Assembly (NCBI GenBank): GCA_951406725.2
Contig: OX597820.1
Span: 3,844,001 to 3,908,000, forward strand
DNA length: 64,000 bases
Direction: 5' to 3'
From: Octopus vulgaris
Lineage: Eukaryota
Within the stretch, counting starts at the first letter, position 1. Each line of letters opens with the position of its first letter. The position numbers and the translations under genes were made by a program. The notes beneath the pieces were generated by a model. That model was not told where the DNA came from and ran no database searches. It saw only the letters and a program-made list of their open reading frames with translations. Below are positions 26,351-38,929 of this stretch, in pieces.

Positions 26351-29350
26351 GATTGATTACATTCTCAGCAGACAGCAGGATGCATGGTTGCTCTTAACTC
26401 TTTTGATACCAACCTGCCTGAAGCTGCCTTGTTTTCATAAGTTTTGAATTAAAATCTTCCACCAAACCTTAGTCACAATTTATGTTCCTAACACCAGCTT
26501 AATGATAACTAAGTTATTTTAATAAATTCTTTTGTTATATTTAAAATTAATTGAAAGAAACACACAGCATCTCAAACTAAAAATGGTAACAAAAGGGTTA
26601 AATACAAAGACCCTCCCTAGTGAAGAATGTGTCCTCCAGCATAGACTAGTCATTAGTGACTTTAGACTTCAGGCCAGAAGGATGCTAGAAGGAGACCAAT
26701 CTGGAAAAGAAGGATTTGGAAGCTTAAGAACTATTCATATGGTCAGAGATTTAGGGACATCCTAATTGAGGAATTTGATGAGAGGGAAGAAGAACTACAG
26801 ACTTGTGACATAGAGAGCAACTGTGAATTCCTGTGGGACAGCTTGCTGAGTACCACAGACCGACTCTGCTGCTGGTGCAAAGTCTCATCCAGACCTAGGG
26901 TGAAGTGGTGGTGGAACGATGCTGTAGACAGGGCCATCAGAGTAAAGAAACAGGCCTGGAAGAGTGGGGGCAGCAGGGAACAGTATCAGATAGCCAGAAG
27001 GAAAGTTAGGAGACAGGTAAACCTAGTGAAGGGAGTAGCAGAAAAGAAGAAGTTTGCCTATGTTCAGCAAAGTGAAGACCAAAGAACTGAAGTGTTTTGG
27101 ATTGCAAGACAGTGTGTGAGAGAAAATTGTGATATCATAGGAGAGAGATGTGTCCGGATGGATGATGGTGCACTTGCTTTTAATGATACTGAAAAGGAAG
27201 AGCCTTGGAACTGCCATTATGAAAGACTGCTGAACATGGAGAATGAACGGAAGGAGGAGAGTTTGCCAAATGTCAACCCAACAGAGGGACCAGCTACCCA
27301 AATTGGCAGTACCCTGGTAGATAAAGCAATTAAGGATATGAAGACAGAGAAAGTCCCCGACCCTTCTGGTATCACTGATGAGATGCTTAAAATATTTGGT
27401 GGTGTGAGTTATGGTCTTGTCATCCATATTGTAAACCAGGTGGTTCATGAAGGAGTCATACCCAATGACTGGTGTAGCAGCAGCACCATAGTCAACTGCT
27501 ACAAAGGTAAAGGTGATGCCTTAGATAGAAATAATTACAGAGGCATCAAATTGTTGGATCAGGGGATGAAAGTTAGAGAGAGAGTCATAACCCAACTAAT
27601 TAGGGAGAGAGTCTAGATAAGATGAGATGCAGTTTGGTTTTGTGCCAGGGAGAGGCACCACTGGTGCTATATTTCTAATAAGACAAATGCAGGAGAAATA
27701 CCTAGCCAAGGATAAACCTTTGTGCTTGGCTTTTGTTGACTTGGAGAAAGTCTTTGACAGGGTGCCCTGATTCCTTATCTGGTGGTCAATGCAGAAACTA
27801 GGGATAGATTAATGGTTAATGAGAGCTGTACAAACCATGTATAGGGACGCTACCAGTAAAGTGAGGGTTGGCAATGAGTACAGCAAAGAATTCAGGGTAC
27901 AAGTAGGGGTTCACCAAGGATTGGTCCTCAGCCCCCTCTTGTTCATTATAGTCCCCCAGAGGAATTTAAAACAGGCTGCCCCTGGGAGCTCCTCTTTGCT
28001 GATGACCTTGTTCTTATAGCTGAATCACAACCAGAACTAGAGAAGAGGTTCCAGCTATGGAAGCAAAGTCTAGAATTTAAGGGCCTTAGAGTTTACCTAG
28101 CAAAAACCAAAGTCATAGTAAGTAGGAAGGCAGAGAAATCACAAATCCCTTTAGGTAGACGGTCCTGCTCAATCTGTAGAAAAGATGCTGGTAGAAATGC
28201 CATAAGATGCACTCAGTGTAAGGTTTGGACACAAAAGGTGCAGCAATATTAGAGGAAGGTTAACAGGGAAACTAACTTTTGTATGTGGAAGGTGCACAAG
28301 TACAATAAATGCTGAAAATGTACAGAAAATAGACTCCATCAACTGCCAATGGGGTAAGCTAGAGGTAGAAGATAACTTCTGTTATTAGGTGACCAGGTTA
28401 GTAGTGGAGGTGGATGCTCTGAGAGTGTAGCTGTGAGAATAAGATTAGGCTGGGCAAAGTTCAGAGAGCTCCTATCCCTGCTGGTAACAAAGGGCCTCTC
28501 TCTCAGAGTGAAAGGCAGATTGTTTGATGCCTGTGTGCAAATACTCATGCTACATGGCAGTGAAACATGGGCTGCGACAGCCGAGGATATGCATAGGCTT
28601 GAGAGGGATGAAGCCAGTATGCATTGTTGGATGTGCATGTTCAACAGGGTGTAAGCATCGTGAGAGGAAAATTGGGCATAAGATGCATCAGGTGTGGTGT
28701 GCAAGAGAGATAACTGTACTGCTATGGTCATGTGATGCATATGGACGAGGACAGCTGTGTGAAGAAGTGCCGATCTCTAACTGTGGAGGGAACTTGTGTT
28801 AGAGGTAGATCCAGGAACATATGAGATGAGGTGGTGAATCATGATCTTTGGACTTTGGGCCTCACAGAGGCAATGACTGAGACCTTTGGCGTTGTACTGT
28901 GCTTGAGAGGACCCATCAAACCAAGTGAAATCATAATTGTGGCTGATGCTGGTGTCGTGTAACTGGCCCTGTGCTGGTGGCATGTAAAAAGCACCTTTCG
29001 AGCATTGGGCCAAATGGAGGCAAAGTGGCTAAGCTCCTTTCGAGTGTTGGGCCTCAAGGTGATAATGACAGACCTTTGGTATTATGTTATGCTTCAGAAG
29101 AAGACCCATCGAGTCAAATAAAATTGCAGTTTTGGCAGATAGTGGTGTCACACAAATGGCACCCATACCAGCGGCATGTAAAAGCACCCATTTACACTCT
29201 TGAAGTGGTTGGCATTAGGAAGGGCATCCAGCTGTAGATGACCATGCCAAATCACACTGGACTCTGGTGCAGCCTTCCAGTCTGCCAGCCTTGGTCAAAC
29301 TGTCCAACCCATGCCAGCATGGACAACGGATGTCAAATAATAATGATGAT
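26351..29350 (+). mobile_element. RTE-clade LINE, the longest copy (APE C-terminus through RT to tail), pseudogenised
   Basis: IDYIL...EEC..QHRLV (end of APE domain); ORF 26843-27616 with WWWND.V and KGKGD..DRNNYRGIKLL; later FADDL and MLHGSETW; many stops. Confidence 0.92.
26398..26597. mobile_element. piggyBac-like MITE inserted in the RTE endonuclease domain
   Basis: TTAA-CTCTTTTGATACCA ... TGGTAACAAAAGGG-TTAA. Removing it plus one TTAA restores the frame IDYILSRQQDAWLLLNTKTLPSEEC. Confidence 0.8.
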
Positions 29351-30136
29351 ATAGTCTATAGATGAGAGACAGATATTTGCATATAGAATACACTTTTTAG
29401 TGCTCAACAGATTTAAACTTGAGCAGGTAGAGGAATAAATGTAAGGATAAGCAAGTTAAGCAAATCGATTTTCACAATATTAAAGACATTTAATTGTTTC
29501 TACTCTCGGCACAAGGCCTAAAATTTTGGAGGAGAATAAAAATAATATCAGGAATTAAAGTGGTTGAATAAGAGTTTTACGAGTCCAACAGCTGTTTCTG
29601 GGGTCTTAGTGGTCCAAAATAATGACCGCTGTTGGATAATACCAGTCTCCATCTCAAATCTCCATTCTGTGAACACCTTGAATGTAAAACTTCTTCCCTG
29701 AAAAAGGGAGGCTGGTATTATCTGATGATAGAATCATTTTACAATCATTATTTTGGACTACAAAGCCCCTAGAAACAGCTGTTGGACTTGTAAAACTCCT
29801 TTAATTCCTGATATCATTTCTATTCTGTGTAAGTCAGGCCTTTTTGTATGTAAATATATGTACATTTTTTTTGTATTAAATGTATTTAACATTTTTTGTA
29901 TATCAACTTATCCTTACATTTACTCCTGTATATGTATATATATATATATATATAGATATGTACACACAAGGAGCTTCTTACAAATCTGCTTTCAAGGTCA
30001 ACCTGGAGCTTCAGTAGAAGATACTCAAGGTGCCACATGTGGGACTGAACTGCAACCTATGTGGTTGGAAATCAAACTTTTTGCTCTGCTTTTGTATCTC
30101 TCTCCCCCGTGTGTGTGTGTATATACATATATACAT

Positions 30137-30177
<41 letters not shown>

Positions 30178-31100
30178 CACACAGAGCAAATAATTCATGT
30201 GAAAATATGATTTTCAAAGATACCATTGACTTTGTTATTATCAGAGTTTCACGTTCCCATTCATCGGACAGTTTTGTTAAAACTGTCTGAGAAACAGGAA
30301 CATGAAACAGCTTTTGTTATATTTCTGCTGCTTTTAAATAAAGCGTATTACTCTACCTCTGGTATTTGAGTACTCTTTTTTACACCTTCTTTCACATGTA
30401 TGTGCTTACTCCGGTATATATATATATACACAAGATGGGCTTCTTTCAGTTTCTGTCTACCAAATCCACTCACAAAGTTTTGGTCAGTCCAAGTCTAAGG
30501 TAGAAGACACTTGTCCAAGGTGCCACACAGTGGGACTGAACCTGGAACCATGTGGTTGGGAAGCAAGCTTCTTACCACCCAGCCATGACTGCGCCTACAC
30601 ACATATATGTATTTGTGTGTCTTTGCCCCCCCCCCATCACTTGACAACTGATGTTGGTGTGTTTATGTCCCCATAACTTAGCAGTTCAGGAAAAGAGACC
30701 GATAGAATAAGTATTAGGCTTACAAAGAGTAAGTCCTGGCGTCAGTTTCGACTAAAGGTGGTGCTCCAAAATGGCTGCAGTCAAATGACTGAAACAAGTA
30801 AAAGAAAAATGGTAAAAAATAGTCCAGCAGACGATAAGTCATGTAAATCAGTGCTGCTCTGTGTGGTGGTCTGTAGACTGGTGCCGGTCCATGGATTGGT
30901 GCCGGCTGGCGAGCCATCAGCTGCCAGTGTGCAACAAGTTTCCAGAAAAGAAAGAGACATTATAAAACGCTTTATGTAATATTGTATTATTTGTTGACAA
31001 AATAAAAATAGGATAAAAAATTGTCAACTTTTATTATAAATTAGAAAATTACTATTTTTAAATCTCACAAAAGGAGATATTTAGCAACAGTACTTTGGAG

Positions 31101-31344
31101 TAAAGATTATTTGCCAACATAACATGGCAGTCCTGGTTTAGGACGAATGTTGCTGAAATTTAGCCCCAGGAAACATTGTCTCCAGCTGGCTATACAACAC
31201 AATCTGTGTCCTAGATTTCCTTGTTCGAAAATATGACACAGATTGTGTCGTATAGCCAACTGGAGATGATGTCTCCTGGGGCTAAATTACAGCAACATTC
31301 GTCCTTAAACCAGGACTGCCATGTTAGGTTGGCAAAAATCTTAA
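31101..31344. repeat. Palindrome of about 245 bp; single arms recur at about 33235-33346 and 50826-50938
   Basis: Arms of about 110 bp are near-complementary around a spacer of about 24 bp. Confidence 0.85.
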
Positions 31345-31927
31345 CTTTTATTATATTCATTATATATTTTGTTTTTTGGTATAAATTAATATTACTAAGA
31401 AATATTACCAGTCCCTGGTACATTGGAAAAAATAACAAAAAAAACCTGCCGGTACACCACATCTGATGGTTTGAGAAGCACTGATGTGAACCATTCTCAA
31501 TGATAGTTGCTATTAAACATGTACAGTTTATTTCAAGGCATTCTAAATATTTTCTTTTAGTGATGTGCTAAAGTTTGATGTTCTTCAAATCCTCAATAAT
31601 GATTTCTGGAAGTAGGACGATTACATGTGTTCAGTTTACGGATGAGTAGAAATACTACAGCTGGGTAATGAAGTAGTCACTTCACTTGATTTATACAATG
31701 AGACAAGCATGAAAATTGATATAGAATAAACCAGGGTTGGGAAGAATGCCAGCAATGCAGTACTTTGTTCAGATATTCTCATTTCTGTAGTGAAAAACCG
31801 AAAGTGTTTCAACAGCTTCAAAATATCTTGGATCAATTATTGACAATTCAGGATTAACATGAATGTTTTCGTTCGACTCCAGAAAATAAGGGGGACTCTG
31901 AGAATATTCCAACCTAAATGGAAGATA

Positions 31928-32728
31928 CAGTTCTATATTTGAGAGATGAGGAATTATTTACATTATTTACATTTGATGGATATTTGTCCTCATTTCAGCT
32001 GATATACCCTCCAGCCTTCTTCAGGTGTCTTGGGGAAATTTTGAACCTGGGTTCTCATTCCTAAGGTATATTTCCGATGTTGTTATTATTATTATTATTC
32101 ACGTAAAAGGGCACTACTCGAGCATGATCGTTACCAATGTTGCTTCACTGGCACCTGTGTTGATGGCATGTGTAAAAGATTCGAGCGAGGTCATTGTCAG
32201 TACCATCTGACTGACCCCTGTGCCGGTGGCACATAAAAGGCACCCACTACACTCTCAGAGTGGTTGGCGTTAGGAAGGGCATCCAGCTGTAGAAACTCTG
32301 CCAGATCAAGATTGGAGCCTGGTGCAGCCCTCAGTAAAAACCGTCCAACCCATGCTAGCATCGAAAATGGACGTTAAATGATGATGATGATTCAAGTCAC
32401 TGCCTGGAGTTGAACTCGGAATCTTGGGGTTAGTAGCCCGTGCTCTTAACCACTATGCCACATGCTTATGGGCATGTGGCATAATGGTTAAGAGTGTGGG
32501 CTACTAACCCCAAGATTCCAAGATTGATTCCAGGCAGTGACCTGAATAATAATTATAATAATAATGCTAGTAATAACAACATCGGAAAAATATCTTAGGA
32601 GCGAGAACCCAGGTTCAAAATTTCCCCAGGACACCTGATGAAGGCTGGAGGGTATATCAGCCGAAACATTGTGTTAACAACAAACAAGATGAGGACAAAT
32701 ATCCGTCAAATGTAAATAATGTAAATAA
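31928..32728. mobile_element. Head-to-head pair of family A tRNA/hammerhead elements; left arm interrupted by an RTE tail (about 32100-32391)
   Basis: Symmetry centre ccacatgc-ttatgg-gcatgtgg at about 32468. Both arms carry A box, B box, AAT tract, HHR motif and tail. Confidence 0.85.
32630..32675 (+). ncRNA. Minimal type-I hammerhead ribozyme motif (Penelope-type)
   Basis: GACAC (stem I) CTGATGA at 32635, A, GGCTG-gagggtatat-CAGCC (stem II), GAAAC, ATT (family consensus GTT), GTGTT (stem I'). Confidence 0.7.
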
Positions 32729-32943
32729 GCTAGATGGAAGAGTAAAAAATAGTTCTAAATAAATTTGAACTCTTAGAGAATTCATCATCATTGTTTAACA
32801 TCCTCTTTTCCTTGCTTGCACAAATCAGCTGGAATTTGTTGAATAGAAGTGTAAAAGATCGATCTAATGTTAATTTGTTGTATTTCTAATGACATCCAAT
32901 TTCACTAATTGGTCATATTTTTACAATTTTCTGATTATTCCAG

Positions 32944-33035
32944 GGAAGGTAATGACGTTATGGATGAGAAAAAAATTACTTTTTCTGAACTGAAGACTGA
33001 AGTTTGCAGATTTGCCAATGTCTTGAAAGACTTCG
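32944..33035 (+). CDS. ACSS2: ACSS2-like exon 2 (92 bp): (W)EGNDVMDEKKITFSELKTEVCRFANVLKDF(G)
   Basis: Acceptor ttccag|G completes the TGG split from exon 1 and gives the conserved WEGN...IT..EL...VC.FANVLK..G. Donor G|GTAAGT, phase 1. Not in the ORF track because it is too short. Confidence 0.93.
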
Positions 33036-34397
33036 GTAAGTAATATACAAGTGTTCAACGAGATAAATTTTTATTCTGCTGCTTTAGATAATTCAACCAG
33101 GGGCTGAAACTACATAATCTACATTTTGTCTTATTTTTTATGATTAGAACACACACACACTAGTGGTGTTGGTGGTGGTGTTGGTTTGACCTCAGTTTAC
33201 AAATTCAATGATGAGAACAAAAGTAAATTTGGAGTAAAGATTGTTTGTCAACATATCATGGCAGTCCTGGTTTAGGACGAATGTTGCTGTAATTTAGCCC
33301 CAGGAGACATCATCTCCAGCTGGCTTTGCAACATGATCTGTGTCCTTATATTTTCAACAACTCAAAATTGCTGACATGGCCGATGACTGTACTGCCTGAT
33401 TGGCACTTGTGCCAGTGGAACATTAAAAGTACATCCGAGTGTGATCATTGTCAGGGCCATGGATTGGCTCCCGTACCGGTGGCACGTAAAAAGCACCATT
33501 CGAGTGTGATTATTGCCAGCATTGCATTATTGGCATATGTGCTGGTGGCACATGAAAAACATTTGAGTGTGGTTGTTGCCAGTGCCACCAGACTGGCTCC
33601 CGTGCAGGTAGCATGTAAAAAACACCTTTTGAGCATGGTCGTTGCCAGAACCGCCTGACTGACCCTCGTGCTGGTGGCAAGTAAAAGCACCTACTACACT
33701 CTCAGAGTGGTTGGCGTTAGGAAGGGCATCCGACTATAGAAACTTTGCCAGATCAGACTGGAGCCTGGTGCAGGCTTCTGGCTCACCAGTCCTCAGTCAA
33801 ACTGTCTGACCCATGCCAGCATAGAAAGCAGACGTTAAACGACAATGATGATGATGATGGGATCTAGCACCCCTCCCACTTTGCTCAAAACGACACTCCA
33901 AAATACTGAATAGCTCTCGTTGTGAGATTTAAGAATAGTAATTTTCTAAAAGCAAATTTGTTTGGTAGAGGGCTTTGAACCAGAAACTGCTAATTGTTAA
34001 TCAACATTGGTTTCAATCAACAGTTTCTCTTTGTAATGTTAATTATTTTGATGTGTAGTTATGTTATTTTACTGTCAATTGCATATAACTGGACCGACAT
34101 ACTAACCCCATAAAATCTGTGTGTGTATACATTGATTTATTTAGTTTGTACATTGAACGTGAAACTAGTTTTGGATTTACTCTTACTATTTTTATATATA
34201 TCTGTGTGTGTGTGTGCTGGTGGCATGCAAAAACCACCTACTACACTCTCGGAGTGGTTGGCGTTAGGAAGGACATCCAACGGAAGAAACATTGCCAGAT
34301 CGAACTGGAGCCTGTTGCAGCCTTCTGGCTCACCAGTCCTCAGCCAAACTGTCCAACCTATGCCAACATGGAAAACGGATGTTAAACGATGATGATG

Positions 34398-34451
<54 letters not shown>

Positions 34452-34459
34452 CTGAGAGA

Positions 34460-35846
34460 GAGAGAGGGTCATAACCCAACTAATTAGAAAGTGTGTTAGG
34501 CTGGGGCAGATGCAGTTTTCATTTGGTTCTGTGCCAGGGAGGATCACTGCTGCTGCTATATTCCTGGTGAGGCAACTGCAAGAGAAGTACCAAACCAAAA
34601 GTAAACCTCTGTACTTGGCTTTTGTTGACATGGAGAAAGCCTTCGACAGAGTCCCCCAATCCCTTATCTGGTGGTCAGTGCAGGAACTAGAGATGGAGGA
34701 GTGGCTGGTGAGAGCCGTACAAGCCATGTACAGGGATGCTGTCAGTAAGGTCAGGGTTGGCAACGAGTGTAATGATGAATTCAGTGTACAAGTAGGGGTT
34801 CACCAAGGATCAGGCCTCAACCCCATCTTGTTCCTCATAGTTCTCCAGGCAAAAACAGAGGAATTTAAGTTGGGCTACCCCTGAGAGCTCTTAGCTTAAT
34901 CACTACTAGATCTGGAGAAAAAAATTACCGGAGTGGAAGCAAGGTCTGGAATCAAAGGGCCTTAGAATTAATTTAGCAAAAACCAAATCTTATTAAGTAG
35001 TAGAGTAGATAAATCACCTCAGGTAGATGGCCCTGCTTGATATGCAGAAAAGGTGTAGGTGGAAACTCTATAAGGTGTACCTGGTGCAAGCTAAGGACAC
35101 ATAAACAGTGCAGCAATATCAGAGAAAGGTTTACAGAGAAAATAGCCATTGTGCATGGCAAATGCACAGGTACAATAAACACTAGAAATATACAGAAAAT
35201 AGACTCCATCAAATGCTGGGTGGTGGTGGTGGTGGTGGGAGGTGAATACCTAGAAGTAGTTGATAGTTTTTGTTATCTAAGTGACCAAGTCAGCAGCAGA
35301 AGTGGATACTCCAAGAGTGTAGCTGCTCGAATAAGAATAGGTTGGGCAAAGTTCAGAGAGTTTCTACTTTTGTTGGCAACGAAGGGCCTCTCCCTCAGAG
35401 GGAAAGGCAGTTTGTATGACACCTGTGTGCAAACAGCCATGCTACACAGCAGTGGAAGATGGGCTGTGACTGCAGAGGACATGGGAAGGCTTGAAAGAAA
35501 TGAATCTGGTATGCTCCACTGGATGTGCAATGTCAGTGTACGACAGAGTGGAAGCATCTTGAGAGAAAAACTGGGCATAAGAAACAGTCACAGCATATCT
35601 CCAGAGGTCTCTGTCTTTTGTCATTGCCTCTGTGAGGCCCAACGTTCAAAGGTCATGCTTGACCACTTCATCCCATGTCTTCCTGGGTCTACCTCTACTC
35701 CAGGTTCCTTCAACTGTTAGGGAGTGGCACTTCTTCACACATCTCTCCTCATCCATCTGTAGTACATGACCATACCAGTGCACACATCTCTCCTGCACAC
35801 CACATCTGATGCTTCTTGTGTCCAACATTTCTCTCAGAGTGCTGAC
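34460..35846. mobile_element. RTE LINE RT fragment (+, 34460-35583) abutting an inverted downstream RTE fragment (-, 35586-35846)
   Basis: ORFs 34510-34884 (+), 35037 onward (+) and 35646-35828 (-) all match the other RTE copies. Confidence 0.88.
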
Positions 35847-36792
35847 ACATCACAGAAAATAAAGTAAATCTCAAATGCTGAATTGCTGCGAAGCCAACTT
35901 AGAAGATCAGGTAAATATCCTGAGATGGTGGCAGAAAGTGGCCAGCAAGCTCCTATAGAGAATTGAGCTCTATACGTCTCAAATTCCAGATGAGTTCAAT
36001 TCTCTGTAGTGGCTTGCTGCTCACTTTGTACCATCTCCTAAGGGTATTTACCCAGTTTTCTAGGCTATACCACACTTGCACATAAAAAGCACCCAGCATG
36101 CTGTGTAAAGTGGTTGGCGTTAGGAAGGGCATGCAGCCGCAGAAACAGTCGGAGTCAGGGCAGCCAACCCATGCCATCATGGAAAACGAATGATAAACAA
36201 TAATGATGATGATGATGATGAAAATACCAACTCACTTGGCACTTTTAAGTTTCTTTACGATAAATACTCAATGCTGTCACAATATTTGAAGAAAAATTTT
36301 CTTAAAATAAAATAAAGATTATTAATTGGATTTTTAAAGAAATTTTCAAAAATGAGAACCACATGAACCTTTTGCAAGGAAGTTTTTGTTCTGTGTGTGT
36401 GTAAGTGCTTTTGCTGTTAAGTATTTCAGGCACACTATTGCTGTTTTAATTAAGCTATTGTCTCTTTATTATATATTTTAATTTGACTTTGGTTTGGTTT
36501 TTAATTATTGTAATTTTATACATGTTAAGTTTTTTGGTCATCATCATCATAATCATCATCATTTAACGTCCATTTTCCATGTTGGTATGGGTTGGACGGT
36601 TTGATTGCGGTCTGGAGAGCCAGGAGGCTGCACCAGGCTCCAGTCTGATCTGGCCGTATTTCTACAGCTGGATGCCCTTCCTAATGCCAACCACTCCTAG
36701 AGTGTAGTGGGTGCTTTTTACATGCCACTGGCACAGGAGCCAGTCATACAAGCCTGGCATCAGTCATGTTCGAATCATCGATCTTATATATA

Positions 36793-36840
<48 letters not shown>

Positions 36841-37689
36841 TACACACATAATTGTATCCTTAGTTATATGTACATATAAACGTATGCACGTTTGCATGAT
36901 TTTTGGGGGAATGATATGGGGGTCATTCTCTTTGATTTTCTGGAACATGACAGTACTAAGGAGCCATTTGGGAGAAGAAACCAAACAAGAATCTGAAAAT
37001 GATCCCCATTCACCTTGACATTGCATATCCTCACACACACCTTTGGTAACAAATCAGGCAATCATTAAATCGTGTCGGTCAGTTGTCCCCACCCAGACTG
37101 GGCATCCTGCAACTTGCATCCGTTCAGTCCCAATGAAGGACCATCTTTGAGGACGTTTAATGAGGTGAGTGAGGGTAGAAAGTGCACAGGTGGATCTTTT
37201 CAAAGATAATTTGAGGGAAAGAGAGATTCAGTGATGGTGCAAAGGCATTGCTTGTGATGGAGACTACGTTGAGAACTACCTTTCTGTGAAGAGAGAGAGA
37301 GAGAGAGTTACTCTACAAACGTGCAACTTCCACAATCTTAGTTAATTATCTACCACGAGGGGGTGGCCCAACAGAAATAAAAACTTTCTAAATGGTTTCA
37401 TAAGAGTAATACACTGATATTGGTACATATATATATATGTATAGCCTCGCCTGGCCCCCGTGCTGGTGGCACGTAAAAGCACCCACTACACTCTTAGAGT
37501 GGTTGGCGTTAGGAAGGGCATCCAGATGAAGACTGGAGCCTGGTGCAGCCATCTGGTTCGCCAGACCTCGATCAAACCATCCAACCCATGCTAGCATGGA
37601 AAACAGACCTTAAACGATGATGATGATGATATATATATATATATATATATATATAACAAAGTGGAGTTGTAGGGTACCGCACGAGTGGA

Positions 37690-38185
37690 ATTATATACGA
37701 AAGAAGGTTTGAAAATGCAATTTAAAAGATGTTTATTTACTTTACCGGTTTCACTCTTTGGAAAAAGATTGTCAAAAGTAACATGTAGAAGTTTGGTTGC
37801 GTTAATTATTGGTTGTTACAAATTGCTACATTACATATATACAGTCTTTGGTAACAGGGATATGTTAAGGACATAAAAAAGTTCAACAAGTTCCTTAAAA
37901 TATTGGGCACAAAAGATTACTATATAAATAATCATTCTCAAGGATATGCTTAAGATAGTTTCCAGAAGGAATTGATATTGGTATTGGTATCGTATCTGTA
38001 TATTCAAACATGCACAGAATATTGGTTGACACAGAGTACTACAATCCATATGTAGCAATTTGTAACAACCAATAATTAACGCAACCAAACTTCTACATGT
38101 TACTTTTGACAATCTTTTTCCAAAGAGTGAAACCGGTAAAGTAAATAAACATCTTTTAAACTGCATTTTCAAACCTTCTTTCATA
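37690..38185. repeat. Inverted repeat with arms of about 140 bp, next to (TA)n, carrying a degenerate hammerhead motif (family E)
   Basis: The two arms give the same ORF text on opposite strands. Plus arm: TACTT-TTGACAA-TCTTT ttcc AAAGA gt-GAAAC-CG-GTA-AAGTA, then AATAAA. Confidence 0.7.
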
Positions 38186-38929
38186 TATATATATATATAT
38201 ATATATTGTTGTAAATTTTATTGATATTTACGATGTATATATATATATAAATGGTCATCACCATTGCTGTTCTTATGTGCGTTTCTCTACACTGGAATAG
38301 ACTGGGTGGGACTCTTTGAGGCAGTGATTTTAACCATTCTCAGTTTGTGTTGTTACACTTATATTTTCTCCACTAATAAAACATGTAGCAACCACATAAT
38401 ACACACACACACATGCAATTCGCACCACTCAGATTCGAATAATTTTAAATGGAACTTTTTCATACTTCGCTCTCCAAATATTCCCGATAAAGATGGAACT
38501 GGTCAGGCATTGTGAAGAGTTGAACTTTCAATGAGGAAGAAACCTTCTTCACTACAGTTTCCTCTCTTGCAGACTGCATCTGATTTCCCTTATATCCAGT
38601 TTGTCTCTCAGTTCAATTCATCATCATCATCATTGTTTAACATCCGCTTTACATGCTGGCATGGGTTGGACAGCTTGACTGAAAACTGGAGAGCCAGGAG
38701 GCTGCACCAGGCTTCAATCTGATCTGGAAAGGTTTCTACAACTGGATGCCCTTCCTAATGCCAAGTGCTCCGTGAGTGTAGTGGGTGCTTTTTACGTGCC
38801 ACCAGCACGAGGGCCAGTCAGATAGTACTGGCATCGACCACGCTTGAATGGTGCTTTTTACGTGCCACTGGCATGGCAGCCAGTCAGGCAGCACTGGCAA
38901 CAATTATATTTTTGTAACTCTTACACACT

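Noticed and set aside
26843-27616. 257-aa ORF as a host gene or active retrotransposon
   Set aside because: It is a fragment of an RTE ORF bounded by stops and frameshifts, and the endonuclease domain is truncated and interrupted by a MITE.
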